64,000 bases of DNA from Chrysomallon squamiferum (taxonomy: Eukaryota > Animalia > Mollusca), in contig CM022675.1 of NCBI GenBank assembly GCA_012295275.1, positions 14,694,001 to 14,758,000 of the forward strand, read 5' to 3'. Below, one piece after another: positions 11,235-23,950 of this stretch (position 1 is its first letter; each line of letters begins with the position of its first letter). A program made the position numbers and the translations under genes. The notes below the pieces were generated by a model. The model had not been told where the DNA came from, made no database searches, and saw only the letters and a list, made by a program, of their open reading frames with translations.

Positions 11235-13781
11235 CAGTGGTTCCCAACCTGTGGGCCTTGACCCCAAATGGGGTTGCGACACCAATGCCATGGGGTCATT
11301 AATTGATTTTGAGCCGAATGTGAATATTATATAAAACACGGTGAAAAATATTAAGACAGTTATATAAATTCATACTATGAAACTAAATGTAACAGTTCCC
11401 CAAGTCACTCAACACAACGTCTGAGCCAGTATTGAACATGTTTGGTTTCTGTTTTGTTTTGGTTGCGCCACCACTGTTGCCAAATTAGCCACTGTTTAGC
11501 CTGGCGAATTTATTAGATTTTTTGTAAGAATTTCTATTCATAAAAATGCACAGATTTTAGCCAGATTTCTTTAGCCATTTACTATTAAGTCTAGCCAGTT
11601 TTTAGCCATTTTCAAAGCTAGTTCTAGCCGATTTCTGTATAAGCCATCTGGCAACACTGCCTCCCACTTACCTAGTGTTGTACTCGCACTTGCAGTGACA
11701 CGTAGTTAGTTTTGTTTGAGTGATTCTTAACCCTTTAAAAATGAGTGTAAGAAAGAAAAAGTACAGCGATGATTTCTTGAAGTGGGGATTCACTGACATA
11801 GTTATTGCAGGTGTGGAAAGACCAGTGTAGTTTGGAAGTTCTTGCTCATGAGTCTATGAAACCAGCTAAACTTCAAAGACATCTCCAAACTAAGCACCCT
11901 GATTTGAAAGATAAAAGTATTGACTTTTTTAAAGCAAAAGTTGTTGGTGTCAAAAGCCGCCGGCTTGATAGCAGTGGATTATTTCAAAACAAAAATTGTT
12001 GGCATTGAAGCTTCATACACGGTTGGATTAAGAATAGCACATGCTAAAAAACCACACACAACAGCTGAGAATCTTAGTTTTCCATGCACCAAAGATATTG
12101 TACGTCTCATGATCGGTCCTGAAGCAGTAAATAAATTATCGCCTCTATCCGTGTCAAACAATACAGTAAAATGAAGGATAACAGACATGTCCAAGGATAT
12201 TTTATGCCAAATTATTCAAGAATTAAAAGAAACTCCAACTGGGCTGTTCAGCTTGATGAAACTACTGATGTGACAAACTTCTTGTGTATGTTCGTTATTA
12301 TAAAAATGAAAAAATTAAGATTTCTTGTTTTGTAAGCCTCTGCAAACTTCAACTACTGCTACTGATATTTTTGATTTAAATGATGATTTCTTCAAAGAAC
12401 ATTCAGTCGAATGGGAGAAATTGTGTGGAGTTTGTACCGACGTGGCACCTGCAATGCTCAGCTGTAAATCTGGCTTCCAATTGTTAGTTAAAAAAGTGAC
12501 TCCAGAAGTAATTGGGACTCGCTGCATGATTCATCGACAGGTATTAGCTACCAAGACGTTACCTGAACCATTCAAAGAAGTGCTTAACCGAGTGATTAAA
12601 ACAGTAAATGTTGTTAAATCAAGGCCACTTGCAACACGGCTTTTCTAAGTTTTATGTGAAGATTTAGGTTCAACGCATGAAGCACTATTGTTTCACACAG
12701 AGGTAAGGTGGCTCTTGAAAGGAAAGGCATTGAAGAGATTTTTTGAATTGAGAGGAGAGCTGCAAATATTTCTCGCTTCTCAAAATGCAAGCGAATATGA
12801 ATCATTGTTTATGGATGAATTTACATTGTGCAAATTGGAATACCTGGTCGACATTTTTGAGTTATTTAATAGTATTAATACAGGATTACAGGGTAAGGAA
12901 AGTACGATAATATCTTTGTCTGAAAAGATATCGTCTTTCAAAATGAAATTGGATCACCAAAATTAAGCAAAAGAAATTATACATGTTCCCAATACTTGCC
13001 CAATTTGTTGAAGAAGCGGCAAATGAAATTAACATCGATGACTTATATGGTTTGATACAAGAGCAATTGGAAAATCTTACTGTTCAAATAAGAAGTTATT
13101 TTCCTGATCTTTCTCCCTTACAATCAACCCTTTCAATGCCAGTGTATCTGATGTCCCTGAAGCAGTAGAAGAAGAGTTCATCGACTTAACAAACAATTTT
13201 GAAGCTAAATCATGGTTTGGTGAACTGCAACTACAAGAATTTTGGGCAAAGTTTCCAAAAATTCCCAGTAATATCAGAAATCGCAATAAGGAATTCATTG
13301 CCGTTCCCAACAACTTACTTATGTGAAGCAGCATTCTCCCAACTTCTCATCCTTAAAAACAAGTACCGAAATAAATTAAATGTGGAAGACGACTTGAGGT
13401 GTGCTATATCGACAACGGAGCCCAGGATAGAATTGCTAGCTAAAAATCTGCAATACCAGCCGTCTCATTAAGGTCTGTTCATAAACATACTTTACATAAC
13501 GGTGGAAATTTGTGTGTTCGAATAATTTTGAATTGATTTGCAATTAATTAATGTTTGTAGGAGCTTTGGAATTTTTTATGAATAAATTTGAAATTAATCA
13601 TGAATTTACGGAATGTACAGTTACTTCACGAATAAATAATCTATAATTCAACAATCGCAATATATGGCAGTTTGTTGTACAAATAACTGAATGTATATAT
13701 AAGATATTTTAAGGATTGGGGTTGCTTCCTGATTGCTTGTTCTAAAATGGGTCGCTATATTTGAAAGGTTGGGAACCACTG
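11235..13781 (+). mobile_element. Full-length decayed hAT (Charlie/Buster-like) transposon
   Basis: TIRs cagtggttcccaacct / aggttgggaaccactg. 8-bp TSD atataagg/atataggg. Transposase relic at 11741-13471 (MKPAKLQRH, LDETTDV, VRWL, PFPTTYLCE, YQPSH*). Confidence 0.93.
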
Positions 13782-13784
13782 ATA

Positions 13785-14146
13785 TAGGGTGACCCAAAAT
13801 GAATGATACCCACAAAATAGTGAATAAAATCATTAATAACAATGCTGTCAATCTTATTTTTCAGATTCTACTAGAAAACAGAAATCACTGCAAAGATTAG
13901 GTCTGTTGCAAGAGAGGTGTCTGTCTGTGTCACTGCATTCAGGAGTGTCTACGTTGTCAAGGTGGCCACCTCAAACACATTTCTGAATGAGCATAAATGA
14001 CAGCCCAATTGATGTTAAGAACCCAAATATTCAGGACTGAATTGTTATTGCCTAAGATAAATTTGTGTGAAAAATAAGTAAAATCTCTCATCATTTGTGG
14101 AGACTATGAGCACTTCTATGGGTATCATTCATTTTGGGTCACCCTG
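13785..14146. mobile_element. Tc1/mariner-type MITE
   Basis: ~28-bp TIRs (t/c)agggtgacccaaaatgaatgataccca flanked by TA, with a non-coding interior. Confidence 0.85.
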
Positions 14147-14689
14147 TATAACTTTATCTTTTGTTTTGGATATAAGAATTCCTGTTAACTGTTTAGTGGA
14201 TTGGAACTTAAGTTAACTACATACTGGGTTAACCATGCCTGAAATCTAAATCACTTATTTTATGATAGGACAAAGTTTGATGTACTGAAGAGACAACCAC
14301 CATTACAATATATTTAAAATACTTTTCCAAAAGACTGAAATAAATTAATAATACTGTTATAAACAGTTTCTTTATTATTTAACACATGTAAGTTGTAAAT
14401 AATTTGGAAATACATTGTATCAGTGGACTGAAAATTACTATATCTTGTGAACCTGTTATTCTGATTTGAATACACATTCACATTAAAGAATTCTTAATTT
14501 TTATTGTAATGTGTGGCAGTAGAGGTTAATCAGTCAAATGTCTCAAAATGTAATTTTAAGTTACAGCCTATTAATGCAACAGGTCAATTTTTTTCCACCA
14601 TAAATACTTTAGAAAACATTGACTTCATGTCCATACATATTTTAAAAATAATCCACTAATACCTTTTCCATTCAAATACAATGCTGCAT

Positions 14690-15458
14690 TGTGCTCATCT
14701 TCGAGAGAATTCTGCTGCTGCTGCAAGCTGAATCAGGATCAACCATGCATCACTCAGCTGATGGTTGATGAACTACAAAATGTTCAGCTTGGCTTTATGG
14801 AGCTGACATGTTCAAAGTCAGATATTGCCATTCTGGCTAAACTTTTGTGGGGAATGCATATTGGAATGCATCAACTTCATGTTCCTGGAAAAAGGCACTA
14901 ACTGACTGCAAGAACAGACTTATTTTCATGGTAGTTGCATCTGTAGAACAACACCCAGGAGTGCATAAGAAATTGAAATGCAGACCTCGCAAAGAATTGA
15001 AGTTGGAGGAGACTAGGGCAGTGGAGGACTTTATCCTAAACTATGCTGAGGCAAACTGCATTATTCTACCTGGTCATGCCCTGGTCTAGCTGTATCAAGC
15101 AAAATGTTTATGACCAATACTGTTCTGATGCTAACAATGTTGGAATGTGCAAGTTGCCCTTTGTACATTTTGACACTTATGGGCAAACCTAGTACCATTT
15201 GTTTCTATTATGTGTCCTGTGACTAATCTGTGTTGGTTTTGTGTAAAAAATAAAAAAAATAAAAAAAAATAAAACGTCTGTACAAAATTACTCATTGATG
15301 AAGAGAAAACTGCTACTATCCATGAGGCTGATGCTCATCTTGAGAAGGCCATGGTAGAGTGCAGCTTATCAGAACATAGAGCAGGCAGTGCTGATCTTCC
15401 AGCTGAAGTGTGTTTGGCCCTCATCCATATTGTTCATATTGACAGTTTTGATTTTGCA
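14690..15458 (+). mobile_element. Sola2-like transposase relic, N-terminal part
   Basis: Contains FILNYAEANCIILPG and TNLCWFC and ends at SFDFA. The reading continues at 19840 with VHYP. Confidence 0.7.
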
Positions 15459-15998
15459 GTGTGATGGAACCTCAATAGTGCCCCTTTGCCAAACTTGCGA
15501 TTCATAATAATTGTATTCTATCTAGTGAGTTACATCATATTCATAAAACACTTTTCATACGCCTATTTAAAGCAGAATCTCTGCTACATTTTATATTAAG
15601 TACATTATTATATTACATTAACAGTTATTAAGCTATAGCATATAATCAATCATGTTTACAAATTCATACTGTTACCATTCTTCAAAGTTTAGCTAATTAA
15701 TGTTGGAATATGGTTGATAACTATACAAAAATTAAATAGCAGAGTATGCAGACATCCATGGGCTGTTGAGAAGCTATATTATGTAATTTTATAAACATGG
15801 GATTAATTAATTAAGATTTAAATTGCAAAACAAATTAAGAAAGACTGTCTGCAGAAGTGTTTCATGAACACCTGTGCGAGGCATATATATTTCTTGTATG
15901 CGTTTTAACCAGGATCTTCTGATCAGTGCGCAGTCTTGTGTCACACTGTCTGAGGAACATGTTCTCAGGACAAAGGATCACTCACAGAGTGGTAATTA

Positions 15999-17332
15999 TT
16001 GGGTTGGCAACTAAGTTCCCACCGTTTTGTTTAAATCTATTGTGTTTTTAAATTTTATTTAATCTATTTTATTTTTTTCGAGTTAATTTAAGTAATTTCC
16101 GTTTATTTTCAGATCATCAAAATGAAATGTCAAATTGAGAAAAATGTGCATTTTCGAAACCACCTTCTTTTTGCTTTTAATCAAGGTTCTAAGGCTGCAA
16201 AAGCTGCTCGCGACATTTGTGCTGTGTATGGAGAAAATGCCATAGCTGAAAGAACCGCTCAAAACAGGCATGCCAAGTTCAAAAATGGAAATTTTGACCT
16301 CAAAGACGCACCTCGTTCTGGCCATCCAACTGAACTCGATGAAGAGTAATTAAACCAACTTTTGCATGAACATTCACGTCAAACGACAAGGGAACTGGCT
16401 GAGAAAATGGAATGCTCTCTCACTGCTATACAGAAGCATCTTCACTTCATATGAAAAGTTAAAAAATGTGGAGCATGAATTCTGCATGCTTTAAGTGACA
16501 ACAAAAAAAATCAATGAGCCACAATCTCTGCTGGTTTGCTTGCTTGTCACTGCTCAACTCATGGACATAAGCAACAATTTCTTTATGCAATCGACAAAAA
16601 ATGGTGCCTGTACATCAATATGAAGCAGCGCAAGAATGGCTCAGCCACAATAAAAAAGTGATACCGCGCATGAAACAAGATCTTCATCCGTGTAAAACGA
16701 TGTTGTGTGTATGGTGGGACTGGGAGGGGATTATCCATTGTGAATTGCTTGAAAGGAACCAAACGGTCAATGCGGAACTCTATATTCAACAGATGGAACG
16801 ACTCAAAACGGCTATTCAAGAAAAAAGACCTGATCGGAAGCATGGTGTTCTTTTGACGCATGACAACGCCCGCCCTCATATCACCAATATGACCAAAGAA
16901 GCCATTCAAACGCAGGGCTGGGAAGTGCTGCCACACCCGCCCTCATATCGCCAATATGACCAAAGAAGCCATTCAAACGCAGGGCTGGGAAGTGCTGCCA
17001 CACCCGCCCTCATATCGCCAATATGACCAAAGAAGCCATTCAAACGCAGGGCTGGGAAGTGCTGCCACACCCGCCGTACTCGACGGATTTCCACCTCTTT
17101 CGATCTCTTTCAAATGCTATGCGCGGAGTTTTGTTGAACACTGATGCAGAACTGAGAGCTTGGTTGGATGAATTTTTCGAGACAACCTAGTGATTTCTAC
17201 CAAAGAGGTATTGAAAATCTTGTTGAACGTTGGGAAGAAGTTGTAAACAACAAGGGAGAATACATCATTGATTGAATAGTTGTTTAAAGAATTTAAATTA
17301 AAAAGACAGGAGGAACTTAGTTGCCAACCCAA
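15999..17332 (+). mobile_element. mariner element (mellifera-like), defective
   Basis: TIRs ttgggttggcaactaagttcc with TA TSDs. Transposase motifs HFRNHLLF..CAVYG, PRSGHP, MLCVWWD, HDNARPH and HPPYS, with stops and frameshifts. Confidence 0.93.
16869..17069 (+). repeat. 3 x 67-bp tandem duplication inside the mariner transposase
   Basis: Units start at 16869, 16936 and 17003 and are bounded by cccgcc microhomology. Confidence 0.9.
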
Positions 17333-17928
17333 TATGTTTAAATATCTTTTATGTAACATGCTGATTGACAGAAGATAGGCAAGTATATTTCTGTTGGATA
17401 TTTTTTGTGTTATTCTGTGGTATTTACTTAAGCTTGAAAACTAAGCAACAAACTGGGCTTGATAAGAACAGTACCTATGAACATTATTTGCATTTGTATT
17501 ACACGATGAGAAGCTTACGAATAAAATATATTTGTTACTATTCATGGTTAATTTATGTGCTATATTCAACTCTCCATCAGCCTCAGTTAACACCCATTTA
17601 TCAGTTATTGTTACATTTTTGACATTTATCATGCTCATGCCATATAAACACTTAACAAAACCTTATAAAATCAAATAAACACCTGTTTAACTGAGAACAG
17701 TCATGAAATTAACTGGTGTAATTAGCCAAATACTACTACGAAGTAAAGTACCAACAAATTTTAAAATAAATTTGTTTAAAATGCTTAAATTTACTTTCCA
17801 AGCAAAAATGGCAAATTTGCTAATTATACCCTGGCACAGTGTCAGCTAACTGGTCTTTAAACCCTTCCCTTTTGTCTTTGTGATAATTCAAACTGTTTCA
17901 GTATTTTTCATATTTAATGCAGATAAAG

Positions 17929-19646
17929 ATGTCTGCTGGCAAAAAATGGGAAATTGATGATGAGAAAAGAATATTCAACAATGACTGGAGTAGTATTTTG
18001 TTGTTCAGCACAAACAAGGTGCTGTATGGGAAATCTGCCAAACTACAATAGCTGTAATGAAGGAATACAACATTAAATGTCATTATACAATAAAACATTC
18101 AATCATATATGATACATTGGTAGGTCAAGTTCAAATGGACAGACAAGAACAAATGACCAAATCAGTTAAGAAGCAACAAGGTGTACTTGCTCATTATAAG
18201 TAGGACTGAACTTGTAACAAAATTTAGTTTCAAAATCTGTGAATTATTTACAGAAAAGGGGAAACCCTTCAGTGATGGAGAATTCATAAAAAGCTGCTTG
18301 GGCATATTTACTGACTTGGCATGTCTGCAAAAAGCATTTATTGCAGCAATCCAGTCCGTTTTGTTTTACTGTGTTGCGCAGGATAAATCAACTTGCAGAA
18401 AATATCGAAAAGACTTTAAAAAAGAAGATAAAAAGATGTGCAGTATATATTTAGGCTCTTGATTAAAGCACAGATGTAAATGACACTGCACAATTGGTTG
18501 TATTTGTACAAGGTACTGACAATTTTCTAATCATGTGATACGTCCTGTAGTTGAAGTAGTTAATCTACTCAGATCCAGACCATTATCACACAGACAATTC
18601 AAGACATTACTGGATGATATTGAGACTGAATATAAAGATGTGCTATATCACAACAGTGTTCGGTGGCTTAGTCATGGGAAAGTTCTAAGAGGAGTCTTTG
18701 AACTAAGAGACGAAATTCTCCTTTTCCTTGATATCAAACAAATGAAATGTGATTTTATAGAGAAGATGAAAAATGATTACTGGCTTTGTGATTTTATGTT
18801 TGCCACCGAAATGTTTGAAAAGCTCAATTCTCTAAATTTGGAATTGCAAGGAAAAGGATTATTTGTGCATGATATGTACACCAAAGTAAAAGCTTTTGAG
18901 GCAAAGCTCTCACTTTTTGCCAAACAGATATCAGAATGTAATTTTATTCATTTTTGGATTGTTAAGGAAGGCAAAAGTAGATAGTAAACTTGCTGAAAAA
19001 TACAGCAATCAACTCTGCATCTTGAAACAAGAATTCCAAAGAAGATTTTCAGACCTCAGAGTTAATGGATTCATCATTTAATATAAATTGTTTCAGTCTT
19101 CATGGACCTACAGAAATTGAGACAGCCCCTGATGTTCTTCAGCTGGAACTAATAGATCTACAAGCTAATAATGAGCTGAAAATGAAGTTTAGGAATATGC
19201 CTTTGGTAGAATTTTTTTTATTTGCCTGCTGAAAAATGTTTATCAATCTAGATGTCATTTTTACTGCTAGGATGCTGTGTATATTTTCAAATCAACTTAT
19301 ATTTGTGAACAGACTTTTTCATGCTTAAATCAAACAAAGTCAAAAACAGATCAGTATTGTCAGATGCAAAATTACAAGCAATTATGAAAGTTTCGACAAC
19401 TAGTTTTACTCCAGACTTTAAAAGGCTTGTTCAAAATTGTGGACAGTTGCATTTATCTCATTGATATATAAACCTTTTATTAAATACAAGTGTAAACAAG
19501 ATGGTGTTATTTATTGTTATTCTACTACAATAATATATATTTTAATAGATGGCAACCAGTTACGTACAAATTTCATTTAATCCGGCCCTCCAGTGGCAAG
19601 AAAGTTGCAAATTTGGCCCTCTGGTAAAAAAGTTTGGCCACCCCTG
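17929..19646 (+). mobile_element. hAT (GTF2IRD2/EPM2AIP1/SPIN-like) transposon relic
   Basis: Motifs KRIFNNDW, GKPFSDGEFIK, STDVNDTAQL, HRQFK, VRWLSHGKVL and STYICEQTFS. 3' TIR aagtttggccacccctg; 5' TIR not found. Confidence 0.85.
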
Positions 19647-19839
19647 ACATAGGTGATACATAAAATAATTACCCATATTGAGTTCTTGTTTGTGTTATTG
19701 TTCTCTAGTGGGTACAGAATAGTCATTTAGTAGTTTAAGCTGTCTCAGATCATTAACAGCTTGTCACGTGTCGCTGTTATAGTCTGCTACCCCTTAGACG
19801 GGATAAGCCAATTTTAAGGTATTTATACCACTTAGACCG

Positions 19840-20256
19840 GTGCACTACCCTGGTAATCTGATGAAACCAGGACCTATCTATTCAAGATGCCAAGCAAATA
19901 TGGCCTGTTTGGTGTCTGCTGTGAAGCATTCCCAAAACAGATCAACTATCTCCTGGATGAATGTGTGCAGACAGGCAAGATTGCAAGCTGTGTGATTTCA
20001 CTAATACATCGCTTTTGCTAACTTATGGGATAGAAGAAACAGATCTTCATTTACACGCTGACAATTGTTCAAAATAAGAACTCTGCCATGATGTGATACC
20101 TTTTTTGGTTTGTTTTGACTGAAAGACATTCTGTGTATATTTCCTTTTTGTTTACTGTTCACACAAAGTTCAGTTGTTATAGGTGCTTTGGGTTAGTCAA
20201 GCAGATATTCAGGAAAATGGAGGTGAACAGCCTGTCTGAAACAGCAAATATTGTTA
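19840..20256 (+). mobile_element. Sola2-like transposase relic, catalytic part
   Basis: VHYPGNLMKPGPIY, GLFGVCCEAFPKQINYLLDE and HLHADNC..QNKN. A short further piece (VFDWTRYL) lies at ~21782-21868. Confidence 0.75.
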
Positions 20257-21779
20257 CAGTAGACTCCCAGCTAACTGCGGTTCCACATTCGCGAACTCAA
20301 GTATCTGCAAAATTTTTGTCTCATGAAGTCCAAAATTTTGAAAACACACTAATTTCATTGAAATACTGTAGACAGCAAGCCAGCTGCCAATTAACATTCA
20401 CGATTCATCATTCCTTCTTGAACAATCTCGCGATTAGAATGGAATGAGCTTTATCTTTGTGTGTGCCACTGGATAACAACATCATATGAGAGAAGGCCAA
20501 GAAACTTTATAAAACAATTGAAACAGAGAATACACCAGGTAATCAAGATGACAAAGATCCCAATGACCCTCAACCTCCTTCTGAAGAGCCATCTATGTCA
20601 GTGCCTTCAGCCTAATTTCAAATAAATAAGGGATGGTTTAATTGTTTTCAGAAGAGATTTCATCTCTGTTCTCTGTTACTCCATGGCAAAACAGGAATAG
20701 CTGATCATGGTTAAACCAGGGCTTATTTACAGATCTGCCAACCCTAGGGTTCTTAGAAATAAAAATAAAAAAACCCTTCCTATGCATTGGATGTACAATA
20801 AGAAAGCCTGGATTATGAAGGCATTGACAGAAGAATGGTTTCACCGCTGTTTCTTGTCTGCTGTAAAGGAATATTTGCACAGCAAAGGCCTCCCATTCTC
20901 CTGCTTATGGATAATGCTGGTGGTCATTATTTAGATTTTTGCTGTGAGGGGTCCAAGTTGAATTTATGCCACCATACACTATGTCACTAATTCAACCCAT
21001 GGACCAGGGGGTGATTTGAGCATTCAAGGCAATTTACACCAGGATTTCTTTGAATGATCTTGTGACGTCAATGGAAAGAGATGACAATTTCAGCCTGAAG
21101 AAATACTGGAAGGAATTTACAATTGCTAATTGCATTCAAATCATTAAGATAGCACTGGAGGAAATGAGATCTGAAACAATCAACACTTGCTGGAAGAATC
21201 TGGGTCTGAAGCAGTCAGTGATTACAAGGGCTTTTCACTTAAAGAGATTCAAAGTGCAGTTGTAACCGAGTTCATGCGACTGCTAAGCTCCTAGGTGGGG
21301 AGGACTTTGAGGATGCAACTGAGGAAGAGTTTGAGGCACTCATTGACGAACATGCTGCCCCCATGAATGATGACTACTTGTTGGAGATGACGAAGAAAAT
21401 AACACAAGACAAAAAGGATTCAGAAAATGAAGAGCTTGAGAAGGTATCTGGGCTGACAACTGAACGCCTAGCCGAGTTAATGCAAATGGCAAAGAACATT
21501 CCATCAGCCATTGATGACTGGGACCCTGACATGCTTCGATCCATGAAAGTCCAAAATGCCATTGAATCAGCTATCGCTGTTTGTAGTGACATGTTAAAAG
21601 ACATGAAGAAACAGTGATCTCAGTTGACAATCACAATGTTTTTCATTGTGAAATAACACCATGGAAGGGGTAATGGGGCATTTGGTAATTAGGTGTTAGA
21701 GGGCGATTTTTAAGGGTGCATCACTTACCTGCGGGAGGTCGTGGAACTGATCCTTCATGGATATGGAGGGGGGTTACTG
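20257..21779 (+). mobile_element. Tigger/pogo element, internally deleted
   Basis: Ends cagtagactccc / ggggttactg with TA flanks. Motifs KPGLIYRSANPR, MDNAGGH and QPMDQGVI. Confidence 0.88.
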
Positions 21780-21868
21780 TACAGAATCATAACATATGAA
21801 TTATGTGGTTAAGAGAATGGGGAGTTGATTGTCCTTGTGTTTGACTGGACCAGATATCTTGCAACATA

Positions 21869-23950
21869 CAGTATACCCTCACCTGTTCGCGGTTCCCCAT
21901 TTGCGGCCCCGCATATTCGCAGGTTAGGCTCTTAACCCTATTGCATCGTATGCCGGTATACCGGGCTAACGTCATAACATCATAAAAACGAATGCTCGGT
22001 AAACCGGGTTTTTGTAGGTCATAGAGACTAAAAGCACTTTTCAAGGGTATGTCTGTATTTACTCTCTCGTGCAGTTTTTACCGATTGATGTCTTCATCGA
22101 ACAATGGCTGGGCTGCTATTGGCTGACTGCCTCAGCTTCCCTCACAAAGCAAACGGCAAAGCACAGCCGGTAACGCACTACACACGCATACACACACAGC
22201 GCTCAGTCCCAAGGAGGCTAGGAAATAGGTTTGAATTTAGCCAATGGCTGACAGCTTTAGTTTCTCCTTCTTGCTGATTGGCTGCATATGCTTGCTGCTG
22301 ATCAGCTGTTTCTCTCTCTCATTCACGCGTGTGTTTTCAATGTGGTTGTTTGGACTGTAAATTCAAGTGTTTATTTTTACAATATTATTTACACCCTACA
22401 ATGCCATTCAAACGCCCTACACCTCCAGCTTCTGGCAAGGAACCTAAGCACCAGAAAAAGGTTATGACCCTGCATGAAAAGGTACAACTGCTTGATATGA
22501 TAAAGGAAGGAAAAGGTTATGCTGCTGCTGGAGTGAATGAGAACACCGTGCGTTACATAAAGAAAAATGAACAAGCAATCAGAGCTAGTGTAGATACAAA
22601 TTTTTGTGGAAGTGCTAAGATGGTGAATGTTGTAAAAAACAAGGCAATCCCATGGAGAAGCTGCAGCAAAGTATCCTGAGGCCTTTAAGAAACTCACTGA
22701 GGAGAAGGGATACAAGCCAGAGCAGGTCTTCAACATGGACGAGACTGGGTTGTTCTGGAAAAAAATGCCTTCCAGAACTTTCATCATGAAGGACGAACTG
22801 AAAGCCCCAGGATTCAAAGCACAAAAGGACAGAGTGACACTTATTATGTGTGGCAATGCTGTTGGCTGGATGATGAAACCTGGTCTCATTTATAAATCTG
22901 CAAAGCCCAGGGCTCTGAAGAACAAAAATAAAAACACTTTGCCCGTCTTCTGGATGCATAATTCCAAGGCCTGGATTTCGAAGCTCCTGACATCAGTGTT
23001 TCATTAGTGTTTTATCCCTCAAGTGGAAGAATACCTTCGCAAAAAAGAACTCGAGTTTCGAGTGTTGCTGATCATGGATAATGCTGGTGGTCACCCTGTG
23101 GATCTGTATCATGAGGGAGTCCAGGTCGAGTTCCTCCCTCCCAACACAACATCCCTCCACCAGCCTATGGATCAAGGAGTGATTCGTGCCTTTAAGGGAC
23201 TTTACACTGGCAACTGTCTTCAACAATTAGTTGATGAAATAGACGAGAATGAGGACTTCCAGTTTAAAGTGTACTGGTGCAATTTCACAATTGCATTGTG
23301 CCTGACAGTCATACACAAGGCACTTCAAAACATGAAAAAAGAAACACATAATGCATGTTGGAAAAATCTGTGGCCAGAATGTGTTCATGATTACAAAGGG
23401 TTCTCACTGGATGAAATTCAACATAATGCTGTCAACAAGTCAGTTAAACTAGCAAAGTTAATCGGTGGTGAAGGCTTTGATGACATAACTTATGACCTGA
23501 TTAACGCCCACTCTCAGCCTCTAACGGATGAAGATTTGGCAGAGTTGAGGAAATCTGCCAGTGAAGAAGAAACAGAGGCCAGGAAGAACATCACAAGAGG
23601 AAGAGGACGAGGATCTAACTCTAGAATGGTTGGCTGAACTCATGTCAAAAGCAAAGGATTTGCAAGAGACTGCCAAGTCATGGGACCCTTACATGGTTCG
23701 TTCGCTGCAATTCTCAAATGCAATTGACTCTACCATGTTGACCTACAAAACTCTATTCATCACTATGAAAAAAAAACGGAACCAGCTGCCAATAACCATG
23801 TTCCTAAAGAAGGTACCCAAAACGTCAAACCAAGCCACACCTGAAGAAAGTAAGACACCTCCTCCTGACTCTCCTGAAGAAACAACACAATCTCTTGACT
23901 CTCCAGAAGAAATGGAGCTTTCTCCTTAAGTGCCTGAAGAGGAGGAGTAA
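21869..23950 (+). mobile_element. Tigger/pogo element, 3' end not found
   Basis: Starts TA|cagtataccctc. Transposase at 22401-23929 with KVMTLHEKVQLLD, VFNMDETGLFWKKMP, IMDNAGGH and QPMDQGVI. Deletion at ~22650. Confidence 0.9.

Noticed and set aside
11472-11659. Separate cagtgttgcca-type MITE within the hAT 5' region
   Set aside because: Inverted ends are present but there is no convincing TSD; it may be an internal hairpin of the hAT.
21929-22090. piggyBac end (ttaa|ccct)
   Set aside because: No matching opposite end or transposase.
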